Positions 1-11,000 of a stretch of DNA of 51,663 nt are shown here, one piece after another (the stretch's first letter is position 1; each line of letters starts with the position of its first letter). The stretch comes from Candidatus Micrarchaeota archaeon (GTDB lineage Archaea > Micrarchaeota > Micrarchaeia > Norongarragalinales > UBA8480): positions 1 to 51,663 of the forward strand of contig JAHFHC010000005.1 of assembly GCA_023247085.1 (NCBI GenBank), read 5' to 3'. A program made the position numbers and the translations under genes. Below the pieces are notes generated by a model. That model saw only the letters and a list, made by a program, of their open reading frames with translations. It searched no databases and was not told where the DNA came from.

Positions 1-3000
1 ACGCCAGTGCACATTTGAATTCTAATTCTCCCGCCTGGATCTAGTTTCACTGTTTTGCCTGATAGTGTAGCGTCGGTTATCGTAACTTGTCGTGCGGATG
101 GTAACACGTCGCGAATTTGTTGGCTGCGGTCAGCCCCTTTTGTATAAACAGATAATTGAGTGCAAGTTGAAAGAATGGCGTTTATAGTTGCACCATTTTG
201 CTGTGTTTGTGAGTCAAGCGGTAAGTCAAGGTAGACGGTTTCATCATAGCCGATTTCAAATGGTTCGCCAGCTGATTGGTCAGCAACTAGAGTAACGCGA
301 ATTGGTGCACCTGCAGGAATTGCGTATGAAAACCTGCCACCAAAGTTTGATCCAAATTGTTGGAAGCCAGTTTGAGAACCGAACCCACGGTATGGGTCAA
401 GTGGCTGGTTGTTAAATGACGGGTAGTTTGAAAATGAATTAAACGCAGATTGCCCACTCCCTCCAAATTGGTCAAATGGAGATGAAAATTGGTTGAACTG
501 CGCTTGTTGTACTCCTGGTGGCAGGGTTATTTCCACGCCTGAAAATGAAAACTTAATTGAACCATCTATAGTGTTTACTTGTTGTGCTTGAATTGGAATG
601 TTTATGAAAACTGGGACTGGAAAGCCTACTCGGAAATCTTGGCCGCCTGGAACTGGGTTTTGCGCCACGTGCATTCCTAATAATTCAAGTGAACTTCCTG
701 CTGGCAATTGTGCACGTTGGTTGCTTACAAATGAACCTTGTTGAAACACTAGTGGCTCGCCATTTGGTAAAAGTACAGCTTGTGACCCGTCTATTGCGGG
801 GTTCTTTGAGGCAAATGTGCCTGGCGGGAACAAGAAGTTCACGTCCATTGGCAAGTTAAGTGCAATTGAACCTGGGAACGTGCAGCGTTGTCGCGAAGAA
901 GTTTGCACGTTTACTTGTATTGATTTTGATGTTGATAACCCTTGGAAGCTAGCTGTGAATTCAACTGAACCTTTATCGCTTTGGTCTTCAAAAAAACATT
1001 GGGTTTGCCTGTAAGCTAGTGAAGGCGAAGCAGTTACTTTGAAGTCAAATGATTGTCCTGGCGGGATAATTGCAGATACTGGTGAAACACGCACACCATC
1101 GGCTATTGATTGTTGGTTTACTAGCACTGATTTTGTTGCTTTGTTCGTTACTTGTAGCGATTGTTCATCGCGGCGTTTTAAAGGCAAGTCAAGTGTGAAG
1201 TCAAGCGAGTCAGCGGAATAATCTAGCAATTGGTCAAGTGGCTCTTGCTGGTAAACCGCGTCAGCTTTGAAGTCAAGATTTGTAGATTGCGAGTAGCCTG
1301 CTGTTTTTGCATTTACAATTATTTTTCCGTCTAGAGTTTCTTTTAATATGTTTGCTTTTACTGCAAATGGGATTACGTTGCTATTTATTTGTCCAGTTAA
1401 AGTGATTGATTTTGATTCACCGCCTTTTAGCTTAAAACTAGCTAAGTCCACTCCAACGCTTGAATATTTGGGTGCAGTGTTTGGCGAAAGTATGATTGAC
1501 ACTTTTACTTCTTTGTTTGGAATTAAGTTAGTGATTGTAAACGCGCTACCTGGAGTTTTGTCAAGTGAATTAATTGAAACAGCTAAATTCGTTTTGGGTT
1601 CAACTGAAACTAAATCTTTTACAGTAACAGTTAGTTTTCCTTTTTTTGTTGGGAAACCTTCAGCTTGTACAGTGTAAGAGATGTCGCCGAATGAAACTGG
1701 AGTGACAAGCGCAGTGAATTCACCTGGCTTTTCTTCTTGTGCTTCAACTTGAGTTAAAAGCGATTGACTTTTTTGTAAAACAACTTTTGCATTTTCAACA
1801 ACTGCACCGGCTTTATCACGAATAGTGAACTTAACTGGATTTTCTTGAAATGCAATTAACGGAGTAGCTGGGTTAACAGTTACCGCGAGCGTGTTGCCGG
1901 CATTTGAAACGCTTACGTGTAATTCTTCTGCTGAATTGCCTGCTGAAAATTGTAGCACTGCATCGTTTGAAGCGCGTAGTGCTTTCAATGCATAGAAGCC
2001 CTCGCTGCCTGCTTCAACTTGCCTAGTGGAAGTATTTCCATTTAGCAATTGAAGCGCCTCGCTGTCAGTTTGAAGTGACACTGCAACTTTTTGCAATGCG
2101 TTTTCAGATGATGTTTCTGAAGTGGATGAAGAAGATGAAGAAAATGGGGAAAACGAAGGTGGCGTTAGTATCCTGTAATTTAATTTGAATGTTTCAGGCA
2201 CAACTGCAGTGAATTGTTCTGTCCCCTTGCTAAAAGCAGATGTTTTTCCACTTGCCCCTTCAAACCATAATTCTACGCACGTTCCTTCAGTGCATTTGCC
2301 TTCAAAGTGAATTGGAAGCACAGTTGGCTCTGGCGATAAAGTTTGCCAAATCGGCGAATTGGAAATGGAACCTGCATCTGCGGGGTTGCGTAAATATTGT
2401 AAAGAGCCGTTTACTAAAGTTAAAGCATATTCAGTTCGGTGAAATAATTCAACGTTACCTTCTTGAATTGGGCTGGTTTCAATTTGCACTTTAATTTCTT
2501 TTGTGCCAGTGAATGTACCGAACGTAACTTGAACCCATTTGAATTTGCCTCTTGAAATTGAAGCGCTTGTGCCACTTGTTTGACTTGTTGGCATTAAGTC
2601 GCCATTTGGAGTTAACGCGGTTAGTGGTTTGCCGACTGGTTGACCGTCTTCTGAAACGAGTGTAAGAGAACCACTTTGTTCAAGAGTGTCAGTTGCAGAG
2701 TAGTCAATCCCAGCAATCATTGAACCTCCTTCGCTCGAGTATGACGTGATTGTAGCTGCGCCGTTTTCTAAATCTACATCGCTTGGCCCAACTTGTATAA
2801 AGGCTTTTGCACTTGCAAATTGTTCAGCTGGCGCTTTAAGCAAGTACTTTGCGGTGTAGCGAGTTGCTGGGCTTAGCACTGTAACCCGTTCATTTTTACT
2901 ATTGTACATTCCCACAAAAACAAGTTCAGTCCCTTGGCTTAACTCAGTTGAAATAAGTTCAAAGCTTTGAGGGTTGCTTGCACCAGGCGAAGCATCGAAC

Positions 3001-4757
3001 TTGGATGAAAGAGCTTCATAGCCGGGAGCGGTTATTGAAACTGAAACTGAGCCACTTCCAACAACTGCAAGGCACTCTCCAGTTGAATTAGTTGTGCAAC
3101 TCGTTTTTTTGCCGTCGGTGTCAACTAAATTTACAACCCCGTTTTGAATCACTTGCCTACCAAAATGATCAACTATGTTTATTGCAAGTTGCGCTTGTGC
3201 TGATGAAAGCGGAATTGAAACACGTTGGCCCTCTACACCAGTTTCAGAAACTGGTTTAACGTTTACGCGAACTTCACCTTCGTATGCTTCATTGCCGGCT
3301 TTAAAAGTAACATTGTCAAGTGGCAGGAATTCAAACTTTGCAGTGCCGTCTAATTGCGTTGTTAGTGAAATGCCAAGTGGCTTTGAATTTAAGAATAATG
3401 CAACTTCGAGGCCACCTACGCTGTTTCCTTTTTTGTCAAGTGTTTGTACAACGACTGTTCCAGAATTTGCTGAACTAGCTTGGTGCAAAATCACCGTTTG
3501 TTCAGATGCGCTTGACAACTCTCTTTGTACAGGCAAATAGCCATCTTTTGAAACTGCAGCAAGGCAAGTGTGTCCAACTTCTACGTCAAAACCAGCAACT
3601 CCGCTAGCGGGGTGTTTTGTTTCAACTAGTTTGCCACAATAAAGCACAACGCTTGGATCTGAAAGGGATTTGCCGTCTCCATCAATTACAGTAATTACAA
3701 CGTTCTTGGAATTTTCAGCTGTGCGTTGAACTAACCTCGCAGTTAATGCGACTTGTGGCTCTGTAATTGTCACAGTTGGCTGGAGCCAAGTGAGGTAACC
3801 ATCTGCAGTTACAGTTACAGAAACGTTTGCGCCAATTGGTAAATCTAAGCTAGGTGCGGCACCGTCTTCGCCAGTTACGCCAGTTGCAAGTTGTGTTCCA
3901 GTTGCTTCGCCAAGTGCTTTTACAGTTGCATTTGCAATTGGGGTTCTTCCATCTTCCTTGTAAACACGCACGTATATTGGGGCAACTCGTTCTTCTCCAT
4001 CTCGAAATAAGCGAATTGGAAGGTTAAAGTTTGTTGAGCCAATTTGAACTATTTTTAACTCATCTCTAAAGCCAGTTGCTTTTGCAACAACGGAATAATT
4101 AGAATTTGCATCAACTTCAAACTGAGCTAGTGCAGTTGCGTTGCTTGTGCTGATTATTGAACCGTTGCCGGAATATAAAATTACATCTGCAGTTGGCGAG
4201 CCGGCTATTGTAACTGAAAGTGAAATGAAAGAGACGCTTGCAGGAGTTAAAGAAAATGCAAATGTTTTGCTGTTGTCGCCGTTGGATATTTCGACTTGGC
4301 GAGTGGACTGCTGGTAGTCAACTGCGTTTACAGTAATTGACGCAGTTGTTGATGGGACATTGGTGAAAGTTGCTTTTCCATCTTGGTCAGTTCGCGAAAA
4401 CTTTGACTTGAAGCCGTCGCTTGTTGAAAACTGGAATTGTACGGACGCATTGGTCAATGGCGAGCCATCTGCACTTTTTACGCTCACTACAAACGTTTTT
4501 ACTGGCGTGGCTGAAAAAGAAATAAAAGCAATGTAGATGCCGCTGACTAAAAGTAAAACGAAAATAAGCATTGCAGGTAAAGCTGGAATTCCTTTTTCTT
4601 CAAAAAAGTCGTTTATTTTGCGTAACGGTAAACCTTTGTCGTCGCTCCAGTCAAGGAACTCTTGCCACTTTACTGATAAACTTTCAAGGAACTCGTCGAT
4701 TTTTTCCTTTAGGGATAATGAAGACTCTTCTTTAACTCCACCCTCTAAACCCACCAT
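1..4757 (-). CDS. Giant membrane-anchored surface protein with carboxypeptidase-regulatory-like/Ig-like repeats (paralog 1; 3' end runs off window, >1585 aa)
   Basis: Not in the ORF track. Translated by hand from the ATG at 4757: MVGLEGGVKEESS...FFEEKGIPALPAMLIFVLLLVSGIYIAFISF (TM helix), then repeats such as VSVKSADGSPLTNASV, VRVYKEDGRTPIANATV, TAPGYEA and CTTNSTGEC. The frame is still open at positions 3-140, and the track lists no stop-terminated ORF in this frame. N-terminal architecture matches 8052..16907 and 25943..33088. Confidence 0.9.
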   Translation of the reverse strand, partial: MVGLEGGVKEESSLSLKEKIDEFLESLSVKWQEFLDWSDDKGLPLRKINDFFEEKGIPALPAMLIFVLLLVSGIYIAFISFSATPVKTFVVSVKSADGSPLTNASVQFQFSTSDGFKSKFSRTDQDGKATFTNVPSTTASITVNAVDYQQSTRQVEISNGDNSKTFAFSLTPASVSFISLSVTIAGSPTADVILYSGNGSIISTSNATALAQFEVDANSNYSVVAKATGFRDELKIVQIGSTNFNLPIRLFRDGEERVAPIYVRVYKEDGRTPIANATVKALGEATGTQLATGVTGEDGAAPSLDLPIGANVSVTVTADGYLTWLQPTVTITEPQVALTARLVQRTAENSKNVVITVIDGDGKSLSDPSVVLYCGKLVETKHPASGVAGFDVEVGHTCLAAVSKDGYLPVQRELSSASEQTVILHQASSANSGTVVVQTLDKKGNSVGGLEVALFLNSKPLGISLTTQLDGTAKFEFLPLDNVTFKAGNEAYEGEVRVNVKPVSETGVEGQRVSIPLSSAQAQLAINIVDHFGRQVIQNGVVNLVDTDGKKTSCTTNSTGECLAVVGSGSVSVSITAPGYEALSSKFDASPGASNPQSFELISTELSQGTELVFVGMYNSKNERVTVLSPATRYTAKYLLKAPAEQFASAKAFIQVGPSDVDLENGAATITSYSSEGGSMIAGIDYSATDTLEQSGSLTLVSEDGQPVGKPLTALTPNGDLMPTSQTSGTSASISRGKFKWVQVTFGTFTGTKEIKVQIETSPIQEGNVELFHRTEYALTLVNGSLQYLRNPADAGSISNSPIWQTLSPEPTVLPIHFEGKCTEGTCVELWFEGASGKTSAFSKGTEQFTAVVPETFKLNYRILTPPSFSPFSSSSSSTSETSSENALQKVAVSLQTDSEALQLLNGNTSTRQVEAGSEGFYALKALRASNDAVLQFSAGNSAEELHVSVSNAGNTLAVTVNPATPLIAFQENPVKFTIRDKAGAVVENAKVVLQKSQSLLTQVEAQEEKPGEFTALVTPVSFGDISYTVQAEGFPTKKGKLTVTVKDLVSVEPKTNLAVSINSLDKTPGSAFTITNLIPNKEVKVSIILSPNTAPKYSSVGVDLASFKLKGGESKSITLTGQINSNVIPFAVKANILKETLDGKIIVNAKTAGYSQSTNLDFKADAVYQQEPLDQLLDYSADSLDFTLDLPLKRRDEQSLQVTNKATKSVLVNQQSIADGVRVSPVSAIIPPGQSFDFKVTASPSLAYRQTQCFFEDQSDKGSVEFTASFQGLSTSKSIQVNVQTSSRQRCTFPGSIALNLPMDVNFLFPPGTFASKNPAIDGSQAVLLPNGEPLVFQQGSFVSNQRAQLPAGSSLELLGMHVAQNPVPGGQDFRVGFPVPVFINIPIQAQQVNTIDGSIKFSFSGVEITLPPGVQQAQFNQFSSPFDQFGGSGQSAFNSFSNYPSFNNQPLDPYRGFGSQTGFQQFGSNFGGRFSYAIPAGAPIRVTLVADQSAGEPFEIGYDETVYLDLPLDSQTQQNGATINAILSTCTQLSVYTKGADRSQQIRDVLPSARQVTITDATLSGKTVKLDPGGRIRIQMCTG

Positions 4758-5018
4758 TGAAAAACCTTAACAAATAGACGAAAAACAAGCTTAAAAAGGC
4801 ACCGAACTTTCAGACAGTCCGCTTGGTGTTTTCTCGTCAGCCTGAGACAAGAAAGAAAACTAGTTAAGATTGTTGATCAACGAGAATTTTAAACACAACA
4901 TCATTTGCTATTTCTGATTTTCAAATTCACTAGAGTTACCTTAGGTTTCCCTAGGAAATTTACGAGGAAACCGCACCCCGGATCATTATAGTATCAATGG
5001 CAATAAAACGCTGAGAGA

Positions 5019-6053
5019 TTATACTAGAAAAATTGCTTTCTGTAAAAGTGGATCTGAAAGTTGGTATTTTTCATCTTTTTTCTCTATGAAGGAGTATGTA
5101 GCCAGCTTCTCCAATGCAAAATTAAACAAATTCGGATTAAGTTGTTCGCCCATTTCTTTCCCTGCACGAGTTCTAAGTTCATCCCACCCAACCACAGTTG
5201 CGTTCTTTAGTATAGCTACGTACAATTCCTTGTTTTTGACATTTTTAAAGAAATGAACTAGTTCAGAGGCTGCAATTCTAGCAGCACTTTCACTTGTTTT
5301 CTTAAGTGCGTCTTTGCTTTGTTTTATTCCTCTTTCATAACCATAAAGCGTAAGCCACCCTATTAACCCGTCAAGTTCTTCAATTGCTTTTTCAAGTTCT
5401 ATTTTTTCTATTTTCAAATCCAGTTGTTCAAAACCAGTTTTTAGGTATTCCATCGACCCGTTTCTATCAAGTCTATTTAAAGTTATTTTTGTGATTTCTC
5501 TGCCATAAAGCGGATGCTCCGCATCACTTTGCCCAATAATTTGCTCTACTAAACCAATCTCACTTCCAGATATTATAAAGGAAACTTGGGGAAAACGATC
5601 ATAGAAATATGAAAGGACGTCTGCTAAATCTTTAATGTTCATCCTCTGAGCTTCATCAATAAACACACATATCTGTCCAGCTGCCTTTATTTTTTTCTCT
5701 AGTTCAATATGACTTTCATTTCCTAATTTTATGTCAAAACCAACGCCAAAAGCAGAGATGTTTAAACTTTCTATTTTACCGAAAATCTTAGGCTTTCCAA
5801 TCTTAACCGTTTCATAAATGGCAGCGAACAGTTCCTTTTTAGGATCAGTTACAATTCGCCCATCAAGCCATAATTTCAAGTTCTTTGACTCGTTGTAAAC
5901 AATGTTAAGCAAACTAGTCTTCCCAACACGCCGCACCCCAACTACAACGATTAGTTTCTCTTTCCTTTGCAACGCGTTCTTGACTTCACCATACTCATAA
6001 GCATAACTGAAAAAATCCTCTTTCTTACTTTTTGGCTCTATCTCAAAATACAT
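5019..6053 (-). CDS. Archaeal AAA-family ATPase (ATPase_2-like) with C-terminal winged helix
   Basis: Walker A GVRRVGKT, Walker B VFIDEAQ, SGSEIG and HPLYGR motifs, LDGLIGWL, C-terminal Y.LSDPLL. Confidence 0.85.
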   Translation of the reverse strand: MYFEIEPKSKKEDFFSYAYEYGEVKNALQRKEKLIVVVGVRRVGKTSLLNIVYNESKNLKLWLDGRIVTDPKKELFAAIYETVKIGKPKIFGKIESLNISAFGVGFDIKLGNESHIELEKKIKAAGQICVFIDEAQRMNIKDLADVLSYFYDRFPQVSFIISGSEIGLVEQIIGQSDAEHPLYGREITKITLNRLDRNGSMEYLKTGFEQLDLKIEKIELEKAIEELDGLIGWLTLYGYERGIKQSKDALKKTSESAARIAASELVHFFKNVKNKELYVAILKNATVVGWDELRTRAGKEMGEQLNPNLFNFALEKLATYSFIEKKDEKYQLSDPLLQKAIFLV

Positions 6054-6220
6054 AATGTGTTTTGGGCACAGATATTTATAAAGTTAAGCATTATAGCGTT
6101 TTACTTAATTTGAGTTAAGCAAAAGACAGTTATTGTGCAATTCTAATTGTTTTGTAATTGTGGGCAACCAGAACGTCGTTGTCACATAATTCACCTATAT
6201 AAAGTTAACTAATTTTTGAT

Positions 6221-7240
6221 CTAAAGTTTTTTATCCGCTAGTTTATTGAATTCAAGCGGGTATTTTGCGACAAAAAGATAAGTCAATGCCAATGGCGCAA
6301 TTACTTTAAGTTCATGGAGCCGTTTTCGTTCCAAGCCACTTTCTATGAGTTTTGCTTCCCACGTAGCAATGAAAAACTTATCACTATATTTTTTGGCAAC
6401 TATTTTTTCCATTTTTTCAATAGACTCGCTAGCAGTTTCAACTCCACTTGCCTTGGCTATACTTAAATAAGCCGCTAGCCGATAGGCCATTGTCCAGTAG
6501 TCTTTAGTGCCGATTGTACCAATTTGAAGATAAGCATTTTGAAATTCGCTTAAATGTGGTTTTCCTATACGGATTGAATTGCTATTAGCAAGCGCAGAAT
6601 CTAATAAAGCCTTTACTGCGCTTTCAATTACTTGATTAAGTGTAAAAGGTGTGTTGCGTACTTTGTTTTGTACTTGGCATACTTGTTCAAAAAATTTCCA
6701 CATTTGTGACCCAGCGCTAAAATCGTCAATCAAGCAGTTTGAATCAAACACATCTTTAAGAAAATCAAGCCGAAAACCTTCTTTGCCCGCTGATCGGCCA
6801 ATCGTACCCATAGCAATTGCAGTTAGCTTCGAGGCAAGTAAATAATCAGGCATTGCAACGTTGGCTTCAAAATACTTTTTACCGATTGTAAGTTTCTTAA
6901 GTTCAAAAGGCTTACCTGTGTCAACCAATGGAAAACGAGCTATATCCACCTTTACTTGAACGTTATCTTTAACTACATTATAAAAAACGAACAAGTCTTC
7001 CTGTTTAGCTGGCCGTTTTTCTACTTTATAGCTCGCTAGTTTCGAGAGCAAAGCTTCAGCATCGCCAGAATAATACAAGTCTAAGTCAATTGAAAGCCGG
7101 CGAGGTTGTTTCAAAGCAGCAGTTTGAACTGCGCTTCCGCCAATAAAAACAAGCGTTTCTCCTGCAGTTTTAGCTTCTCGCGCTAGAATAGAAAATATTT
7201 CTAACACTTCATTTTGTCTTTTTTGAAATTCTGGATTCAA
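6221..7240 (-). CDS. AbiEii-like nucleotidyltransferase toxin (type IV TA)
   Basis: LVFIGGSAV...RRLSIDLDL nucleotidyltransferase motif, LLASKL and KDVFD motifs; 4-nt overlap with the upstream partner gene. Confidence 0.8.
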   Translation of the reverse strand: MNPEFQKRQNEVLEIFSILAREAKTAGETLVFIGGSAVQTAALKQPRRLSIDLDLYYSGDAEALLSKLASYKVEKRPAKQEDLFVFYNVVKDNVQVKVDIARFPLVDTGKPFELKKLTIGKKYFEANVAMPDYLLASKLTAIAMGTIGRSAGKEGFRLDFLKDVFDSNCLIDDFSAGSQMWKFFEQVCQVQNKVRNTPFTLNQVIESAVKALLDSALANSNSIRIGKPHLSEFQNAYLQIGTIGTKDYWTMAYRLAAYLSIAKASGVETASESIEKMEKIVAKKYSDKFFIATWEAKLIESGLERKRLHELKVIAPLALTYLFVAKYPLEFNKLADKKL

Positions 7241-7893
7241 ATTTCTTCAACTCGTTTTAAAGCTTCATAATAGCGCTCGCCGTTTTCAATGTAACGCGGG
7301 TCAATGGCGGTTTTTAAGTGTCCTTCTTTGTTCAACTTAAACAAGAAAACGCTAAGAAGCCACCCAAGATAGCGACGCGTTGCATAACGCTGTAAAAACG
7401 AAATACGCAATTCGCCTTCTTTCATGAACCAAGTCCAAGCTGCAAGTGCCTCTTCAACAGTTATTGGTAGGTATCCGCGCATCGCGTACGCCATTAAGTC
7501 AATCAAGCGACGTTCAAGTCCGGGCACTCTAAGATTGCTTTCGGCTACGGTGTCAGTTTCCATGAAGTCGCTCCGGCTTATTATCACTATAATATCCTGA
7601 ATTTCGCTGCCTTTCGCACTAGCCCACTCTTCGTTAACTGCCTTTGGCTTACGCTCTCCAGAATAAACAATACAGTCGCGAAACTCCCCATCGCTTGCTA
7701 GTAACCGTTTTACTTCACCATGGGCTACTTTTTCACATTCAATGAAAACCATGTTTCTACGTACATTGTGAAACGTGTGCATAAACTCAGCTAAGTCCCA
7801 CAATGCAAAGGGTAAGTGCGGCATATTACTCGTTATCCTTTTGCCAATTCTCTTAGTCCGCTCAGGAAGCTTGTCATATAATTCATTTGTCAT
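7237..7893 (-). CDS. Putative AbiEi-like antitoxin / partner of the nucleotidyltransferase
   Basis: Translationally coupled upstream of the AbiEii-like gene; VPGLERRLIDL and LQRYATRR resemble AbiEi C-terminal motifs. Confidence 0.6.
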   Translation of the reverse strand: MTNELYDKLPERTKRIGKRITSNMPHLPFALWDLAEFMHTFHNVRRNMVFIECEKVAHGEVKRLLASDGEFRDCIVYSGERKPKAVNEEWASAKGSEIQDIIVIISRSDFMETDTVAESNLRVPGLERRLIDLMAYAMRGYLPITVEEALAAWTWFMKEGELRISFLQRYATRRYLGWLLSVFLFKLNKEGHLKTAIDPRYIENGERYYEALKRVEEI

Positions 7894-7911
7894 ATCACTA
7901 AATTGTCATAT
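7871..7911. promoter_or_regulatory. Three TTGTCATAT direct repeats at 16-bp period over the start codon; probable autoregulatory operator
   Basis: Exact copies at 7871, 7887 and 7903, just downstream of a BRE/TATA-like AAACCCTTAAATAC (minus strand, 7917-7930). Confidence 0.6.
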
Positions 7912-8051
7912 AACTAGTATTTAAGGGTTTCGGATCTATAGCTGACGCCAAGTCGCCTTCGTGTAATCTTTAACGCCAAAGCAAGAATGAAAAAATACCG
8001 AAAAAACAGAGTAGATTAAAAGAAAAAACAAAATGCAAAACGGATAAACTA

Positions 8052-11000
8052 TTAAGCTTTAGTGTACTTGCAATAAACCTTGCGCATGGAAGACAAAGCA
8101 TCTAAGCCGTATAAGATATAAGCAATATGCCCACTAGATATAGAATCAACCACTATAGCACCAGTGTTATCACCACGCACTACCCCCAATAAGCTAGAAC
8201 CGAGAGTTAGCGCACTTAAGCCATTTTGAAACTGCTTTCCAGTGCAAGAAGGCACTGCAGTATTTAATATCGGATTACAAACGCGACCACGGGAATTGTC
8301 CACGGCAACGTACCTATAGGCTTCGGGAGGTATATCCTGCGCTTCAAATATTTGGTTTATTGAAGAAGGTGCTATGGCGCCTATAGTGGTTAGTGCACCA
8401 GTTGCATCTGTCACCCCTATTGTTGAACCTGATTTAAATTTTCTGCCAATAGGCGTTGGCGTTAAAGTGTTTGTATACGTGAATTTTTGAGTGCTGGTAT
8501 CGTAATTAAAGACTGGCTCACCAGTAAGAACGCAACCATCTGGCGGTAATGTGTTTGGAACTACATTGAAATCACACGACACTTCTTTTACCTGGCCGGC
8601 ATATTTACCACTAATAGTAACGGAGTGCTGCTCTGTTGGAACTGCATTTTCCAGTTTAGCGTCTAAATTTATCGTGCTTTGTAAACCCGTCAAAGTAGAT
8701 TCGAAAAGCAGATTCCCAGTAGATAACACACGCGTTTGTTTGATTTCTAACGTATTCGAGTCAAAACCATAGCCAAAGGTATATTGTGCTTCAAGCGGGG
8801 TTTCACTTGGAACGTTTACAAGTGCAGTTGACGAACTAGAGTCACACACCGTAGTCCTATCAAGATTATTTATAACTTTAACCTTAAACGCAGTATCCCC
8901 AATTGCCTGTGATGGATTTGTGGGAGCGACGTTAAACGTAAAGGTTTTGTCATCCGCTGAACTCGTTCCTAGGACTCCATTGACCTCTGGAAGTTGTATG
9001 ACTATACCATAGTCAATGTTCGAAGCAAGTAAAGTGCAACTGCTTAGTTGTTCTGGAACCAAATATCCATAAGTAAAAGTATAGGGCGCATTAAAATGAC
9101 TATTTAGTGCTATAACCACTTCTTGATTAGTAATCGTTTTACAGCGTAGTTTAAGTGGAAGGCTAGTTGGCATATTTGCATCGTTTATTAAAGCGGATCG
9201 CGTAGTGGCTAATGAAACATCCCGAACCTTTGAAAGTTGCAATGCAATGCTTTGATCAAATTTAAATGCGAATTTGTAAGCTGGTTTCAAGTTTATTGTG
9301 CCAAGTACATCCCCTTGATCAGTGTGGGAAGTGATTTGAAATGATAACGTATTTTCATCAACTGTAAAAGGTGCATTTACAATCGGAGCATATGTAAACG
9401 AATGTTCATCTGCACCGGCTTTAGCTGGATCGTATTTGTATGCACTGACTTGTAGTTCACCTTGACCTATTTTTTGCAAGATTAAGCCATTTCCAGTTTT
9501 TGATAATTCAAAAATCTTCGTAAACGCGTCGCCTTTTTTCAATATTCCATTCATTGACTCAAACTGGCCACTACCTTTGTTTGGCGCAGCTAAAATGAAC
9601 GCATTAGCTTCAGACACGCTATCAGCAAGTGTTCCTGAAGGGGGATTACTTCCGGGAGGATATACCAGCCCACCTACACTACTGCCATGGGTACTATCAT
9701 AAGTTATGCCGACATCCTTCCCATTTATTTTGAAGGGGATTGTACCTGCCTTTGTTACAAAATTGATAAATGATGTTGGCTCATACGTGAAATAGTAGGG
9801 CGTCTTGTCCTGTGCAGCGTGAGCGCAGCGTAGTAGTGCTGAGGTTGGGTTGGCAATTAAAGCGCAGCCGTTTGCAGAAGTCTCAAATACGTTTTTCAAA
9901 GTTGTTGGGATGTAGCTTTCGTCAGCGTAGTAGCGGAGTAAATCGCGTGCAATTTCAGTTAACGATACGACACCGTCGTTAACTTTAAGATTGCTTGATG
10001 GAAAGTCTTGGTATCTTCCATCTACAACTGCTACTTTTAGTTCTTTTCCTTCTAGTTGAACTGCTACGCAAGCATTACCCGCGTCACATGTTCCACCGGT
10101 TAAACCAGTGATTGTAAGTGTGTTGGCTGTGCTTTCTTGGAATAGCGCAGTGTGAGCGAATTGATTGGGTTGGCAGTTGTTTTCTGTGAAGGGGTCTAGC
10201 ATTATGTTGCCGCTTAAATCGCGCGTGTACTTGCAGTCGATTACTTGTACGGCATATCTTTTAATGTCACTTGCTGGGATTTTGAGTTCTTCAACTCCGG
10301 TTGAAGCTGCGCCAACTGGGTAAAATGCTCTGCCAAGTATTGGAAGGCCACTTATTATTGGCGAAGTGATTCCGTTCGTAATTCCACCTTGTGTGCGGAA
10401 TTCATATTCGGGTGGAACAGCTGCTGCAAAGTCTTCTCCGGAGTAATCCGCTGGCCAAACTGGTTTATTGTCACTACCACCTTTAGCTGGCACGGCTTGG
10501 AATACAAGCGTGCGACTAAACGGTGCTTTTTCGTTTGTTTGTTTTTTATCGAAGTCGGCTTGGTCATTTCTGATTTCTTCGCATGAGTCGAATAAGCCAA
10601 GTGGGTCAACTGGTCGAGTGGAAACCGGACAATTGTTTGTATCGAATTTATTTGTTCCAGGTTTTTCTCTTGCTGTGTTTACAATTGCGCGCATTACTGG
10701 GTACTTGTTTAGTGTTAGTAGTGTTGGTTGGTATCGGTCGAATTCAACACTGGTTGCTAGACTTGTCCGATCTCCAGCTACTTTCACGTAGGGGAATCCT
10801 TGACTGACTTTGTTTACTTTATTTCCTTCGTTGGTTCTGGTTTCGCCTGTTACCCAGTCGTATAGTGCTTCTGGTAAGCGTAGGCCGGCAAATGGAACTA
10901 CAGCTAGTCCGCTGCTTATTGCTGAGATTGCTCTTGAGAAGTCGTATCCTGCTGGTTTTACTTCGAATATGGTTATTCCTTCGGTGCGGGTTTTGTCTCC

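Noticed and set aside
287-4770. Short ORFs listed in the track across 287-4770
   Set aside because: They are antisense or out-of-frame shadows of the unlisted giant minus-strand CDS starting at 4757.
4800-4960. Imperfect hairpins and near-palindrome (tttccctaggaaa) in the intergenic region
   Set aside because: No tRNA cloverleaf or recognisable ncRNA; stems are short and imperfect.
6082-6121. AGTTAAGCA direct repeat upstream of the AAA ATPase
   Set aside because: Only two 9-bp copies in AT-rich DNA; could be chance.
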